From positions 62,001-126,000 of the forward strand of contig MU619249.1 of the NCBI GenBank assembly GCA_025201805.1: DNA of 64,000 nt. Direction: 5' to 3'. The notes beneath the pieces are model-generated. The model worked only from the letters and a program-made list of their open reading frames with translations. It had not been told where the DNA came from and did no database searches. Shown here in pieces: positions 27,244 through 39,709 of the stretch. The DNA comes from Parasitella parasitica NRRL 2501. Its lineage: Eukaryota > Fungi > Mucoromycota. Made by a program: the position numbers and the translations under genes. Numbering within the stretch: position 1 is the first letter of the stretch; each line of letters begins with the position of its first letter.

Positions 27244-28330
27244 TCTATATAATTAAATTTTGAGAAGTTGGCATCGAGCCAAGCACATCCTCAATTTCAG
27301 AAATTAATTAAAAATACTTTAACACTTCAGAAAATTATAAGTAAAATGTGCGTATGAAACAAAACATGGAATAGATGATCACGTACATTAATTTAAAGTT
27401 AAAACTCTCTAAACAGAGTGAATAATGTTGAAAGTCGGGCGAAAAAGCTTGAATCTTTCGAAATTGGACATGGTCTAACCAGCAAAGGCGACTTTTTAAG
27501 CTGCACACTCTGTTTTATTTAATACAAATATGTTGACACTTTTTATTACTACAAACACAGAGTGCCTGTTATTAGAATCTGCTCAAGCTGTGGTCAAGAA
27601 GGCCATTCGCATTCTGCAAGCAGGCTTTGCCTCAATAACACCCGTGCTAATACTAACGCTTGCGGAAGCTGTGGTTTTATAGGCCATCATTGATCTTCTT
27701 ATCGTCATTGCGTTAACAACATTGCTAATTGTACGACTCAAATTGTTTTTCACTTTACAATCATAATCGAACTCTTTGTATAAACTGGGATCTCAATCTG
27801 AAACTATGAAAGTAGATCAGCAAACAGAAACAAACAGCGTTAATGATGCAACAACCAGCAGACGTGTTTGTTCAAGCTGTGGACAAGAAAGTCATTTGCG
27901 ATCTACCAGTAGGTTATAAGCCAAATCAATATACAACAATACTCATAACATGGCTAGAAGAAGTACACCCTCTTTCACCGAACGCCATGATCTTGGTGGA
28001 AGGAACAGCATCTGTCACTATTGTCAAGCACGCATGTGGGCAGAGAGAAAAATGGAGGCACCAGTGCAAACCCCGATTTCTCTTTGTGCTGTCCTGAGTT
28101 GATTGCTAATTTTCTGTTAGACCGGTATTCACCATGATCATCAACAAGGCCCAAGGTCAAACACTCGACTTTCTTAGTCTTTTCCTCACATGGCCAGTTA
28201 TATGTTGCTTTCTCCTGCATTAAGCAGCTATCTTTCAATGAAAATTCTTCTACATAGAAATACCTCAACTACCAAAAACTATGCTGGATCATACACCGAT
28301 AATATTGTATTCCATGAAGTATTTAAATAG
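27244..28330 (+). mobile_element. Second, internally deleted Helitron copy (5' TC end, zinc-knuckle N-terminus fused to the last helicase motifs)
   Basis: Starts TCTATATAAT; degenerate CSSCGQEGH..C, CGSCGFIGH..C and CSSCGQESHLR knuckles; RHDLGGRNSICHYCQARMWAE (RepHel N-terminal Cys motif); then MIINKAQGQTLDF..SHGQLYVAFS and YTDNIVFHEVFK*. Confidence 0.75.
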
Positions 28331-28489
28331 CTCTACTGATTTTTACGTTTTTTTCCTATTGTGCGTTACTACATCTATATTTTTATTTCTGTCTAACAAT
28401 ATATTTCAAGTTATAGATAAACAACAATAAAAGAGCATCGAATATCTGATTAGCACTTATCAAAAGATTGAGCTCCCGGTAGGGCGACG

Positions 28490-29141
28490 ATGGCCGTCAT
28501 TAGCAACAAAGACTCACACGCATTTTTCAAGGGAGACACAATTCCTAGAGTTTGTGAGAGAACAGAATATGCTCCTAAAATTGACTTGAGAATCACTCTC
28601 CCATCAATAACCTGTGTTGATCTGAGTGTGATGGAATATGCTAAAAAGTACGATGATAGCAAGTACTATAAAGACAAGGTGAAGATTGTCTTGTGTTCCT
28701 TCATTTACTTTCACGATCTCTTAAAAAAAACCAACAACCGAGAGATGAAAATACCATCAATGATAATCTCAAGACTGGAAGGCGAAATGTTGATACTTCA
28801 CTCGACTAATGAAGGCTGGTTTGCGCTTGAAAAGATTATCAATGTGGATACACCCCCCCCCCCTAGCGTTGAGCTTGTAAAGAAAGAAGCAATCAAAAAT
28901 TATGTCAATACTTTGAAGTATTTTAAGGTACAATGATAGTCGTATAATGACAGGTAATACTCTTATCTCAACGAGCATTATCACTGTGAAGGATTACTGT
29001 TTAGACCTCAAGGAACAATCAACTCTAATCAAATCAAAAAAGGCCATTAGGAAGAAAGACAAAAATGCCCGATTTAATTTACAACAGAGATCTGTTTGGT
29101 TTAGTGATTTTGTTAGTAATGATACAAGTGATGAGGAATGA
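28490..29141 (+). pseudogene. 5'-truncated gene fragment with a PD-(D/E)xK-like motif arrangement (probable intron 28928-28991)
   Basis: KGDT...KIDLRI...DLSVMEYAK...KYYKDKVK motif series; an AAG|GTACAA donor joins the second ORF ending SDEE*; no N-terminal region is evident. Confidence 0.5.
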
Positions 29142-30215
29142 CAACAAAAGTCTTTTATGTAATAGGCAAACACTAAATATTATCATTGCCACTAAAAATT
29201 ACTGAAGTTTAAGCATGCTTTATTGTTTACCTGCTAATATCTTTCAACTATATGTACTCATAGCCACCTCATTAGATATCTAGTAGGTGTACCGAGTCTA
29301 GGAATAGCTTACTGGAACGATTTTTTCCAGCTTTGGTTATTATGCGATATTATAACAACAATTAATTATTAAAAGTCGTACTGTTGCATCATTCAATAAA
29401 CCTCAATAACACTATAAATGAAATCAGTTTAAAAGCTTTTATATAAATATGAATGACTTGGTTATCCTTTGTTTCATAGGTTATACGATATTGGACTACA
29501 GGAGAATAAAAATATGAGGGAGAGGGGAGGGGGGCGTATGCAGGTATGTTATAATACACTCATTTGACAGAGCTCAATATCGAGAAAGTGGTTGGAAGAT
29601 TTGAAAATACCATTTTTATATTGCAATCGACAAAGAATATCAAGATACATGAGTATGTTTTCATTATTTAAAGTGTACACTATTGATGTCTTAATCCAGG
29701 GTTAAATATTGGTGTAAAAAAACAACAACAAGCAAGTAAGCTTACATAGCCTGAATCGCTTTTGATATATCCAATCATGATCTTTACTATGAAGATGAAA
29801 AAGTTCGTATGTATACTACATAGGTTTATCAGGCCAATTTGTCTTTAGATTTACTCAATATTTTAAATCGAACAAATCAAAGCGCTTTTGTCCATGATGC
29901 GGAGTTGATCCCAAAGCATCTTTGCAACAACAACATACACTTTTTTCGATCAAAAGTCAGTAGGGTTGACGAGTTGGATTCGCATTGTAACCAAGCAATC
30001 AAAGGTCTTGAGCACAAACTAGAGAAATCCAGCAAAGCGGTGGCAAGACGCAATTGGGGGTGATAGCAGAAGGGGATGACGTTGCTGTTGTTGATCATCC
30101 TTTCTCTCCCTTAAACACAAAGAAAAAAAGCTATATTTAAAAGCTGTGGAGTTTCTAATGGGTTTGCTTCTTGTTTTCCTTTTTTTCTACTTGGTATTTT
30201 TACATCAGCAAGAAA

Positions 30216-30664
30216 ATGACTTTAGAGAGCTCCTCTTCAGCTTCGGGTTCTTCAAATAAAATGAGAGACGAAAACACAGCAGACACATCCCTCTCCAACT
30301 TTCTATGGCAATCGCCACTTGTATTCAATTGCCATTTTGATGAGGCGGCAAAGCAAGCCATCTTATCACGTTGCTACGAAGGTCTTTGGATGAATGATGA
30401 GAGCATAATGGACCAATATTTTTTCAGTTCAAAGCAAGACCTGCAAGAGACTCTCCTGAGCCAATCTCAACGCCATGATGGAAAAGAACAAAACGCTATT
30501 ACGGATCCAAAGTTATGGCACACGAACGCTATTTTACCTAATCAAGACTTGTCCAGCCAGAAAGGCAGACAGTGCGGACATGTGTTTCGTAAAGGAGAAG
30601 CAGTATATCGATGCAGGTAAATACATGGCATTATCAATGCTCAGCGTGATGGTCATTAATGCGT

Positions 30665-30699
<35 letters not shown>

Positions 30700-33600
30700 T
30701 ATTTTTTTTTTTTTTTTTTTTTGTTTATATAGAAACTGTGGTTTGGATGATACCTGCGTGTTTTGTTCCAGATGCTTCCACGCAACTAATCACGATGGAC
30801 ATGATATTCTGTTCTCTGTAAGTCCAGGGTCTGGTGGGTGCTGTGATTGTGGAGATCCAGAAGCATGGAAAGTGCCTTTGCAATGTAAAATTCATTCGTG
30901 TGACACAGGCGGAAACACGAGAAATGACGAGCCTGGAGCAGAAAGAAGTGCATTAGACCCCAAGCTGGTCAGTTCCATAAGGAACACTATTGCCTCAGTT
31001 CTGAACTTTATACTGGACACATTTGCGCTGGCACCAGATGAAGTTGCTTTGAATTCCTCTACAGAAGATTTAGTGAGAGAGAACCAAGAACAGCGCAACA
31101 TCCTTGGTAGGATGGGTATCCCCTCTCAATTACCCAACAACGATATAGACATGGAGAATATCACACCACAGACCGAGGCATCAGCAGCTAGATTAGCGGC
31201 GGCAATTAGAGTTTCGGCTATAGACGAGGAAGACATTGACATGGACAAGGAAAACTCAACCAACGTCAAGATTGAGCCCATTGCCGATCAAAAAGAAGAT
31301 GGGGAGCTGTATGCTTGCATAGCATGGAACGACGAAGCACACGCATTTTCTCATGTGCTGGAATCTATCATGACAGCCACCGGATGGAATTGGGAAAAAG
31401 CCAAGCAAATCGTAGATGTGATCCATGTGCACGGCAGAGGAATTATAGCCGTGTCGAAAAACATTAGCGAACTGCGCAAGATTGCTGCCCCATTGTCTGC
31501 TATCAATCTTGGAGTCACTATTCGCCCGGCAAAAGAAACATTCAGAGAGCAGGTATGTGGATTATTAGTCGAGTGGTTGAATCAGCTGGTGAAGGGCAAG
31601 ACTCGCTTCTTTCGCCAAATTGAAAACGGCGATGCTGTCATTCGCAACATTGTGTGCGAAGAATTGTGCGCAGATTGGGAGCTTTGTCTTCCGTTGGCGC
31701 TTTTGACTACGGACGTGCGTGCATCTAACCCAGCAAATGACGAGGCCGACGAGAATGAGGATGGCGATGTAAAGAATGGCATTGGATTGACCACGTGTGC
31801 TGTCGCGGAAGACGTTGAAATGTTTGATCCCGAGTCAGATGCGCAATCCAGCAGCAAACCAGGAAGCCCCGAGTCTTTCTCGTCCAGTCCTGTTATTTAC
31901 CGTAACCAATGCGACGTTGCCAGCATCGAGTGGGATCCGGCAGCTATGGTGAGAGAATATCAGGCCATGCGCAGCAGTGAAATTGCATTTGGGGAGTCTT
32001 TATTTAATATAAATCCTGTCAGTCAAACAGCACTAGGCAAGAAGCCTGTTACAAGCGGTGATGCTAGCATTGACAAGGTAGACTCCCAATCGGCCATGTT
32101 AATCCAGAAGGAATTCGAGGAGAAACTGCGCTTGGATTACTTTATGCTCTATGATCTCAAGCTCTGGAAAGAAGTACGCATCTCTTTGCGTGAATTGTAC
32201 ATTGCTTCTCTTGCATCAAACCCTCGCTTCAAAAAGATTCTTGGTAAGCGTCTGGCCAGAAACTATGCCAGGCTAGCTGAATCGTTTTTGCTTCGTGATA
32301 GAGAACCAGAAAATTCCATCATCCTCTTTTCTGTTCAGTTGTTGACTGTGCCCACGGTATCCGATCTCCTTGTACATAATTACTACTTTTTTGGCCTGAT
32401 CTGCTCTACTCTTACTGCATTCTTCTTGACCGACGAACTGCGGCTTTTCCTGCCATCCAAGCGTTCAAAACATCCATCTCGCATCAACTGCGAATCTCGC
32501 GCTTTCCGCACCCGCCGCTATTTCAATGCTTTCCATGATTTGCGATACATTATGAACGTAAATATGATTAAAGGCGTTCTTGCGCAAGACCCTCTGTATC
32601 TATGCCAGTACTTGGATTTGATTAGTCTCTTCCAAGGTATGAATGCACAAGTGTGCCAAAAGGACACACACGTTGAATACGAATCTGAAATTTGGGTCAA
32701 TGCTTTCAATGTTACGTTGCAAATTGCCAAATGCTGCCGCCAGTTCTCTGACTGTTTCAACATGCTCCCCAAGACCACCGCCCAGGACAAAGTGAACACT
32801 GCTATTACTATTGTCAGAGCTATATCCAGAGTGCTGAAAACGATCATGGAGTGGGGTCTCTTTGAAGACGGCCGTATCGCTGTAGCTACTCTCATCCCTC
32901 CAAAGATAGTTGGTGCTGCTGCCCAGTCGTTCCATCACGTCAAGCTTCGTTACGTCGAACCGTATGAAGTTGTTAGATATAACGTAACCACGCAGCCCGT
33001 TTCTTTCCATCATCCATTGCATTGGTTACTCTCAGGACTGCTGGAGCATGCCCATTTGCTTACCGATGATGTGTTGCGTGAAGCTGGTTGGGAGGGCGGC
33101 TTCAAGCAGATTATTTATCTGTTCAACGAAGGCAAGGCCTCGCCTTTCAGTTGTTTACTTGCAATCTTGGACTATCCTATTCGTACAATTGTCTTTTCCT
33201 CTCAAATCAGGGCTGGCGTTTGGGTCAGAAACGGCTACGGCATCAGGAATCAGGTAATATATCCCACACTTTCATACCTTCATGACTAGCAGCCCATCCC
33301 CACCGTTTTTTTTTTTTTTTTTTTTTTTGTCATTAATGATTCTTTACAGGCGCACCACTATCGCGACATCTCATTGCGAGAAAACACTTACGATGCCGAT
33401 GTCTTTTTATTACAGCTAGGTTTTGTCACCATGATTCCTAACCGTTTCTTGGTCTCACTCATGGATAGATTTGACCTGATTGGTTGGTTCTTGGGAAGAA
33501 AGGCCCATGCCTGCTACGATGCCTCTCAAACAGTGTTCATGGTTGAAGAGCTCTTGAACCTTATGATTGTTGTTGTCTGTGAAAGAGCCAACTTGTCTGG

Positions 33601-36600
33601 AATGTCTATCGAGGACAAAATCAAACGCGAAATCATCCACAGCCTCTGCCTCGGCTCGTCTGCGTACTCTGATCTTACTAAACGTATCCCGGAACGCATC
33701 ACCGAGCACCCCGAATTTGACCGCATATTGGCAAGCGTCGCAAGCTATAAACAACCTTATGGCGTGAACGACCACGGCATGTACGAGCTCAAAGACGAGT
33801 ATTTCGCAAATGTGGACACCTACTTTTGGCATTTCAGTCGCAATAACCGGGAGGAAGCCGAGTCCATTCTTAAAGCAAGATGGAAGAAGGCCAACCCTGG
33901 GGCGAGAGACGAGGACTTTTTCATTCTTCCTCAAAACATACCTATCGCCCCCGGCCCCTTCCGATATTTGGGCAATTTCTTGCAGTCTACTGCATTTGTA
34001 CAGATGGTTTCTTTTGGCTTGTGGAATGTCTACACGGGCGATAACCACAAAAGCGATACTATTCTGGATCAAATCATGTATCTTATTCTGTTGGCGCTTC
34101 AAGACCAGAATTCGGAAGACGTCGCCAACTACGGCCAAGGCAAATTCTACGACCACGTCTGCTCTTTGACGTTCGATGTGGATGGCCATCAACTCTTAGG
34201 AGGCACGTCAACGGGCCGTTATATGTCCTTGTTTGACATCATGACAGTGCTATATTCTCAAGAGCAATACAGCGAAGTAACCAGCAGGTTCAATTGGATC
34301 TTTGAGCAACTCAGAACAAAGGGAGTCAGCAATACGCGCTCCAGGGTCGAAGAGTGGAAGATGCAATATGCTGCTCGAATGCAAGAAAACGCTCTAAAAC
34401 AAGGCACGGGTGAATTGTCAGAGGCTGAGAAGAAAAAGTTGGCTGCTCAAGAGCGCCAAAGGAAGATCATGGCACAGTTTGCACAGGCACAGACTCAGTT
34501 CATGGAGCAAAATGAATTCCTGTACGAGGAGGAGGAAGAGGACACGTTTGTGGATGCCCCTGAAAGCCTCGATGCTGATGAGGAGAATAGGACTGATCCA
34601 GAAAACATCCATCAGTTCTGTTCTTATCCTGTTGGCACCTGCATTGTTTGCCAGGAAGACGCCAACGACCGTTCTCTGCCCTATGGCCTACTGGGACTGA
34701 TTCAGACATCCAACATCATGCGTGAGACTCCCATGGACGACACTTTCATTTTCAATGACATCTACAACATGGGCGCGAATCTCGATGTGGAGTGGCAAGA
34801 CCGTCAAAGTTTGGACGACGATACTCCCAGTATTCCTGGATTCCCTGCTCAATTGCACAAAACTGGACTATACACTTCATCGTGCGGCCATTTCATGCAC
34901 ATCAAGTGTTTCGAGGTCTACTGCGCCTCCATTGACTCTAGACACTCTGCTCAATTGACTCGCAATCATCCTGAAAACAGGTCAAGAAAGGAGTTCATGT
35001 GCCCTCTCTGTAAATCGCTCGGCAATACTTTGTTGCCTGTATTCTGGAAGGGCAAAAAGGAGACGTTCCCTGGGGTGCTCGCTAAAGCAGACGACCAAGA
35101 CTTTAGCAACTTTTACAAGACTGACGTGAGCCAAATTGTGTCCAAACTAAAGCATACAATCGTCACTGCGTCTCGCCATGCTCAGTCCAGGAAAAACGGT
35201 AAAGAATCATCAGCAGCAAGCCGCATGAAGGACGTGATGGCTCAGCTTTTGCCTACCATACCTCCTACTGGTGCTACACCCATTGTCCCTGTCATGAATC
35301 CTGCTGCTCCTATTGCTGGCATTCCTCCTGCTCCGACAACTGCTCGGGATTGGGCCCCCTTGGGCTTCCCCACTCGTCTTCCTATACCTACAAACCTGGA
35401 GAACCCTGGCTTGAATCCGGCGCACACAGCTCCAGTTATACCAAATGCTATCACCGCAGAAGCAGCAGGCCAGCGCCCAGAAAACAACGAGTTGTCCAAT
35501 GTAGATGAGGACGCAACAGCCGCTCTGATGCAGAATATGCTAGCTTCTGACTCACTACCACTTCCTAATGGCCATTTGGGCCCCTTTGAAAATGACACAT
35601 TGCACTCAACATCCATGGTGAATGCTCCTGTAATCAAGAAATCGTATGAGCGTCTTTTGGATGTGCTGGGCATCATCTACCAAGAAATCTGCACAGACGA
35701 TAATGAGCGCGAAATATCTACTGCTGCTCAAAACGTAGACATGCTGTGGGGTATCATGGGATACACTATCGCAGGTGTGGAGATTGCTTCTCGTGGCTCC
35801 AGCCGTATGGCTTCTGCAGAAAATGCGGTGACGCACACTCTGTTTGACCAAATAGCCCCTCAGACGCAAATGCTGCTTCGTATTTTGAGTGATACAGTCA
35901 TGGCTTATACTACGCTGATGTGCCCGTGGTCTGGCGAAGTGAAAGCTAGCCCTGTGAGCGTCTCTATGGCTCGTGTAAGCATGTTTTCTTTAGGCCGCAT
36001 GCGCCAGATGTTTGAAATCAGCGTGGACGACGTTGCCAACCTACCTGCCGACCCATCGCAAAAGATTGTACTATACGACAACGCCCCCATCCTGCAAGAC
36101 GATCCCTTTATGATCCTGACTGAACTGTCACTGCATCTCGTCCCAATGACACAGGCCGACATCTTCCCCTTTGTACGAACCTTGCTTTTAGCTGAATTCT
36201 CCAAAACCGCTGTTGCCCTTTTGCAGGACCGCCTCATTCGTCCAGCGTCCTCCCAGTCTCAAACAGCTCCCAGCGAGCCCTCTCAGGATATCGCAGCCGC
36301 AAAGTCGCTTGCATTCTCTCTGATGAACAAGCTGAACTTTACACATGAAGAGGCGGTAACGACATTCCAAAAGTTTGACAGTGAGGCTTCCTTCTGCGCG
36401 GCACTCAAGTTCTTTGCACTTCCCTTCTTGCGCCGCACCTTGATTCTCATGATTGTCAGATTTGGCCTGATCGTCCCTCCTGCTGTTGCCAACGAGACAG
36501 ACTCTGAAGCTGATGAGCTGGACAAGTTGATGAGGCTCTTGCGATTACCCAAGTTTGCAGACTTTCTCCAGACGACATCCATATCTGAATCCTTGTTGCA

Positions 36601-37326
36601 TCATTGGTGCGCACAGCATGTTAGAGAGTCTGAGCGTCGCATTCAGCTTCAAGATGGATTAATGAGCTCGATATCAGCCAGACGACTCAACAGCATCTCG
36701 CTTGACCTACCTACGCCTATCCATCTTGTTGCATTACCAAAGCAGTTGGACCGACTGTTTGATGAAAGCATGAAGCGTGTTTGCAGAAAGTGCGATACCA
36801 TCCCAAGCGATCCCGCATTATGTTTGTTCTGCGGTACTTTTGTGTGTGCGCAGAGCTTTTGCTGCGCCGAAGATGAGGAAGGTGAATGTAATCTTCACAC
36901 TTTAGAGTAAGGATTTCAGACTGTGATATATATATATATATATATACGGATTATACATACTAACGACAATGTTTTCCACTAGGTGTGGTGGCGAAATTGG
37001 CGCCTTTTTATCTGTCAAGAAATGTGTATTAATACTGTTACATAATGGCAATGGTTGGTTCATGAATGCACCGTATTTAGACACGCATGGAGAGGTCGAT
37101 CAGGGTCTTCGGTAGGTTTTTAGCTAAACTAAATCCAATAATTACGTAAATTGATGATTTCTTTTTTTCTCTCTCTCTCTCTTTCTGTAGACATGGACGA
37201 ACTCAATACCTTGATACCAAAAGATACGCCGAGATCCGCAAGCTGTGGCTCCAGCACAATATTCCCATCTATGTTGCCCGTCAAATCGAAGCCAACTACG
37301 ATTTTGGCGGTTGGACCACATTGTAA
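30216..37326 (+). CDS. UBR1: E3 ubiquitin ligase UBR1 (N-recognin); 5 exons
   Basis: UBR box CGHVFRKGEAVYRC/RNCGLDDTCVFC...GGCCDCGDPEAW, ClpS-like WNDEAHAF, SFHHPLHW, RING (CIVCQED...SSCGHFMH...EFMCPLCKSLGN), and C-terminal APYLDTHGEVD...LWLQH...GGWTTL*. Confidence 0.96.
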
Positions 37327-37408
37327 AAAAAAAAAAAAAAAAAAAAAACTTTCTTTCTCTTTTTATTAGAATGGTTTTGATCCTTTATTTTAAATAAAAC
37401 TGTACACT

Positions 37409-39536
37409 CTAACACACTGCTGGTGCAGTTGCAGCCTTGTAGGCTAGTCTTTCTCTTATTTTAGCTGTAATAACGTCAGCGCTGTACTCTTGCTTTTCAA
37501 TGAATTTGTAATATTTGGCAATAAACTCTTGATTCGAAGAATCCTTGGTAATCTGCTTCAACAGGCCGATGAATTGAATTACGACATCCGATGCATAATA
37601 ATGCGTGGACTCTAGAATGACAATCGTATTAATTTATATACGAGTAACAACAACCTTGTGTACATCAGGCTTACCCTTTAGAATTTGCAGGTTGTCAATT
37701 AATAGCACAGTTGTAAATTTGGGCGGCAAATGCTCGTTGTCTAGTAAGCACAAGATAGTGTCGCTGGCTTCTTTCCATCGCTTGTGCGAAAGATGTCCAC
37801 GCAATTCATGGTACGTTATCAAAATGGCATAGTGTGGGCACTTTTTCAAAGAATCCATATCGCTCACAACATCGCCCAACTTTCCAGTCCTGAGATATTG
37901 GCTGAATTCATGATGCGATAGTCTATCCAGCGATTGCAAATCCTCAGCCTTGCCGTATTCGATTGTTGCTTGGCGGATCTTCCGCTCGTGCTCATATCTA
38001 CGACCCAATCCCTTGTGGATATGCTTTTCGACCTGAGGCAAGCCGTATTTGGTTGCAATATCGAGAAGTGAAAGTATATAGTCGTTGTTTTTCAAAGGTA
38101 AAATGGGGTCTCCAAGGATTTGGTTGATCCAGATCTCTTTGTTACTCTGACAGCAATTAAGGTAATGTATAGCTTCTTCCAGCATGCCAAATTCTTGAGC
38201 AATCTTCTGTGCGTAGGCCTGAATGCTGTAGTAGATGGGGTGTATGATGTTTTCGCTACAGGTGGAACTCTCTGCTACCTCTTGATCTGTTGTGATGTTG
38301 CCGGTGATGATCAAGGCATAGCCAAGGTGTGTATGGAACCATAGGTCGTTTGCCAAAGTACAAAACGCCTCATCAAATTGGCCCATCAAAATAAAAGAAC
38401 AAGCGTCGTCTGTAGCCGTGTTTTCGACATCCTGAGCCAAGGATTTCAAACTTGACAAAGAACTCTGGGGTTTGGCAAACCAGACATTGCCTAAGACTAC
38501 CTCAAAGTATGAACCGCTAAGGCTAATATACTTTTCCTCACCAACCAGGATGTTGCATAACGACCATATCTCATCATTCTTCTCGTTTCCTCTGTTTTCA
38601 GTTTGTAAGGCGGCGAGGAACTCTTTGTAATTCGCTTTGCATAGCTCGCTCCAAACAGCCCATCTCTCCCAAAAGACGGTTTTATTGTCACCCGCAGATA
38701 CGATATCATCCAGGCCTGCAATCAATTCGATGATCCTTTTTACAGCTGTCTGCTGCTGAGGGTCTAAAAAACTCAAGCCAAATGATAACATGTTGCTTGC
38801 TTCCTCCAGATTACCACGAAGCAGGTGTCTGCGAGAATATTCCCAAATCCATGTTGGCCCTATAGGGTTCTTTTCCTCTAATTCTTCATCTGGGTCTTGA
38901 CATCTGGCCTCTTCCACGTTTGGTAATTCGTCGTAAGAGTTGAGCCAGTCTCTTAGTGAGATAATCAGGTCTGTGCTCTCCATTGGAAAGTACAATCTTT
39001 GGCATAGATCCCAAATTTTAATGTAGTCTTTGGCTTCTGTGTATTGGTGCGTCAAGTCGACGTACTTGGACAGAATTCCAATGACATCTCTGTCTCCAAG
39101 CGCTGATTCTTGTGATAGCTGCGATTGATGCGACTCAAGATAGCTTCTTAATTCATAAAAGATGCTGTATGATTCATGGTAGAACTGTACCATGCATGTT
39201 AGCAGGTCTAACTGTCGACGAATTCTGTATATATACCCGCTTACCTGTTCTTTTGATTGGGATTTTGCAGCGTTTATTGTGCGCAACTTTTCACTCAAAA
39301 GGTCTTTGCCTAAAGAAGGTGCCTAAATTCAGTGCCTAAGTACGTGTTGTTTTCATCCCGTTTGTAGTAGCTTATTACCTGTTGTTTCTGCCCGACTTGC
39401 TTGTCTATGTCTGAATCAAGAGCGAGGTATGGATCCTATGATACCGCTGTTAAATGTTTTCATCACCGTCAAAGGCTATCAAATACAATACTCTTTTATT
39501 TGCATAGCTTTCAGTAGGAAGACGATTGTTTGTCAT
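37409..39536 (-). CDS. NUP85: Nucleoporin Nup85-like (4 exons)
   Basis: IWDLCQRLYF..LRDWLN, W...LLRGNLEEA, FWERW..W, LCNILVG and LWFHTHL follow the Nup85 alpha-solenoid pattern; two short 5' exons and a 3' exon were reconstructed from GT-AG signals. Confidence 0.8.
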
Positions 39537-39709
39537 TTTCTTTTGTGTAGTTTTATTAAGATATATAATATATGTTTATATATTCATATATATAAAAAAG
39601 AGTCTATTAAACAGCTCCAAAAAGAGACACTTGCTGCTTTAAAAAAAAAAAATTGGATGGATTGCAGTTTTCGCAGTAGTCTGGTAAAGTCACGTAAATC
39701 TCCAGTGTT

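Noticed and set aside
33455-34192. 245-aa antisense ORF and other antisense ORFs within UBR1, VIP1, RPS5 and GCDH
   Set aside because: Shadow ORFs expected opposite GC-richer, codon-biased coding sequence; no motifs or independent signals.
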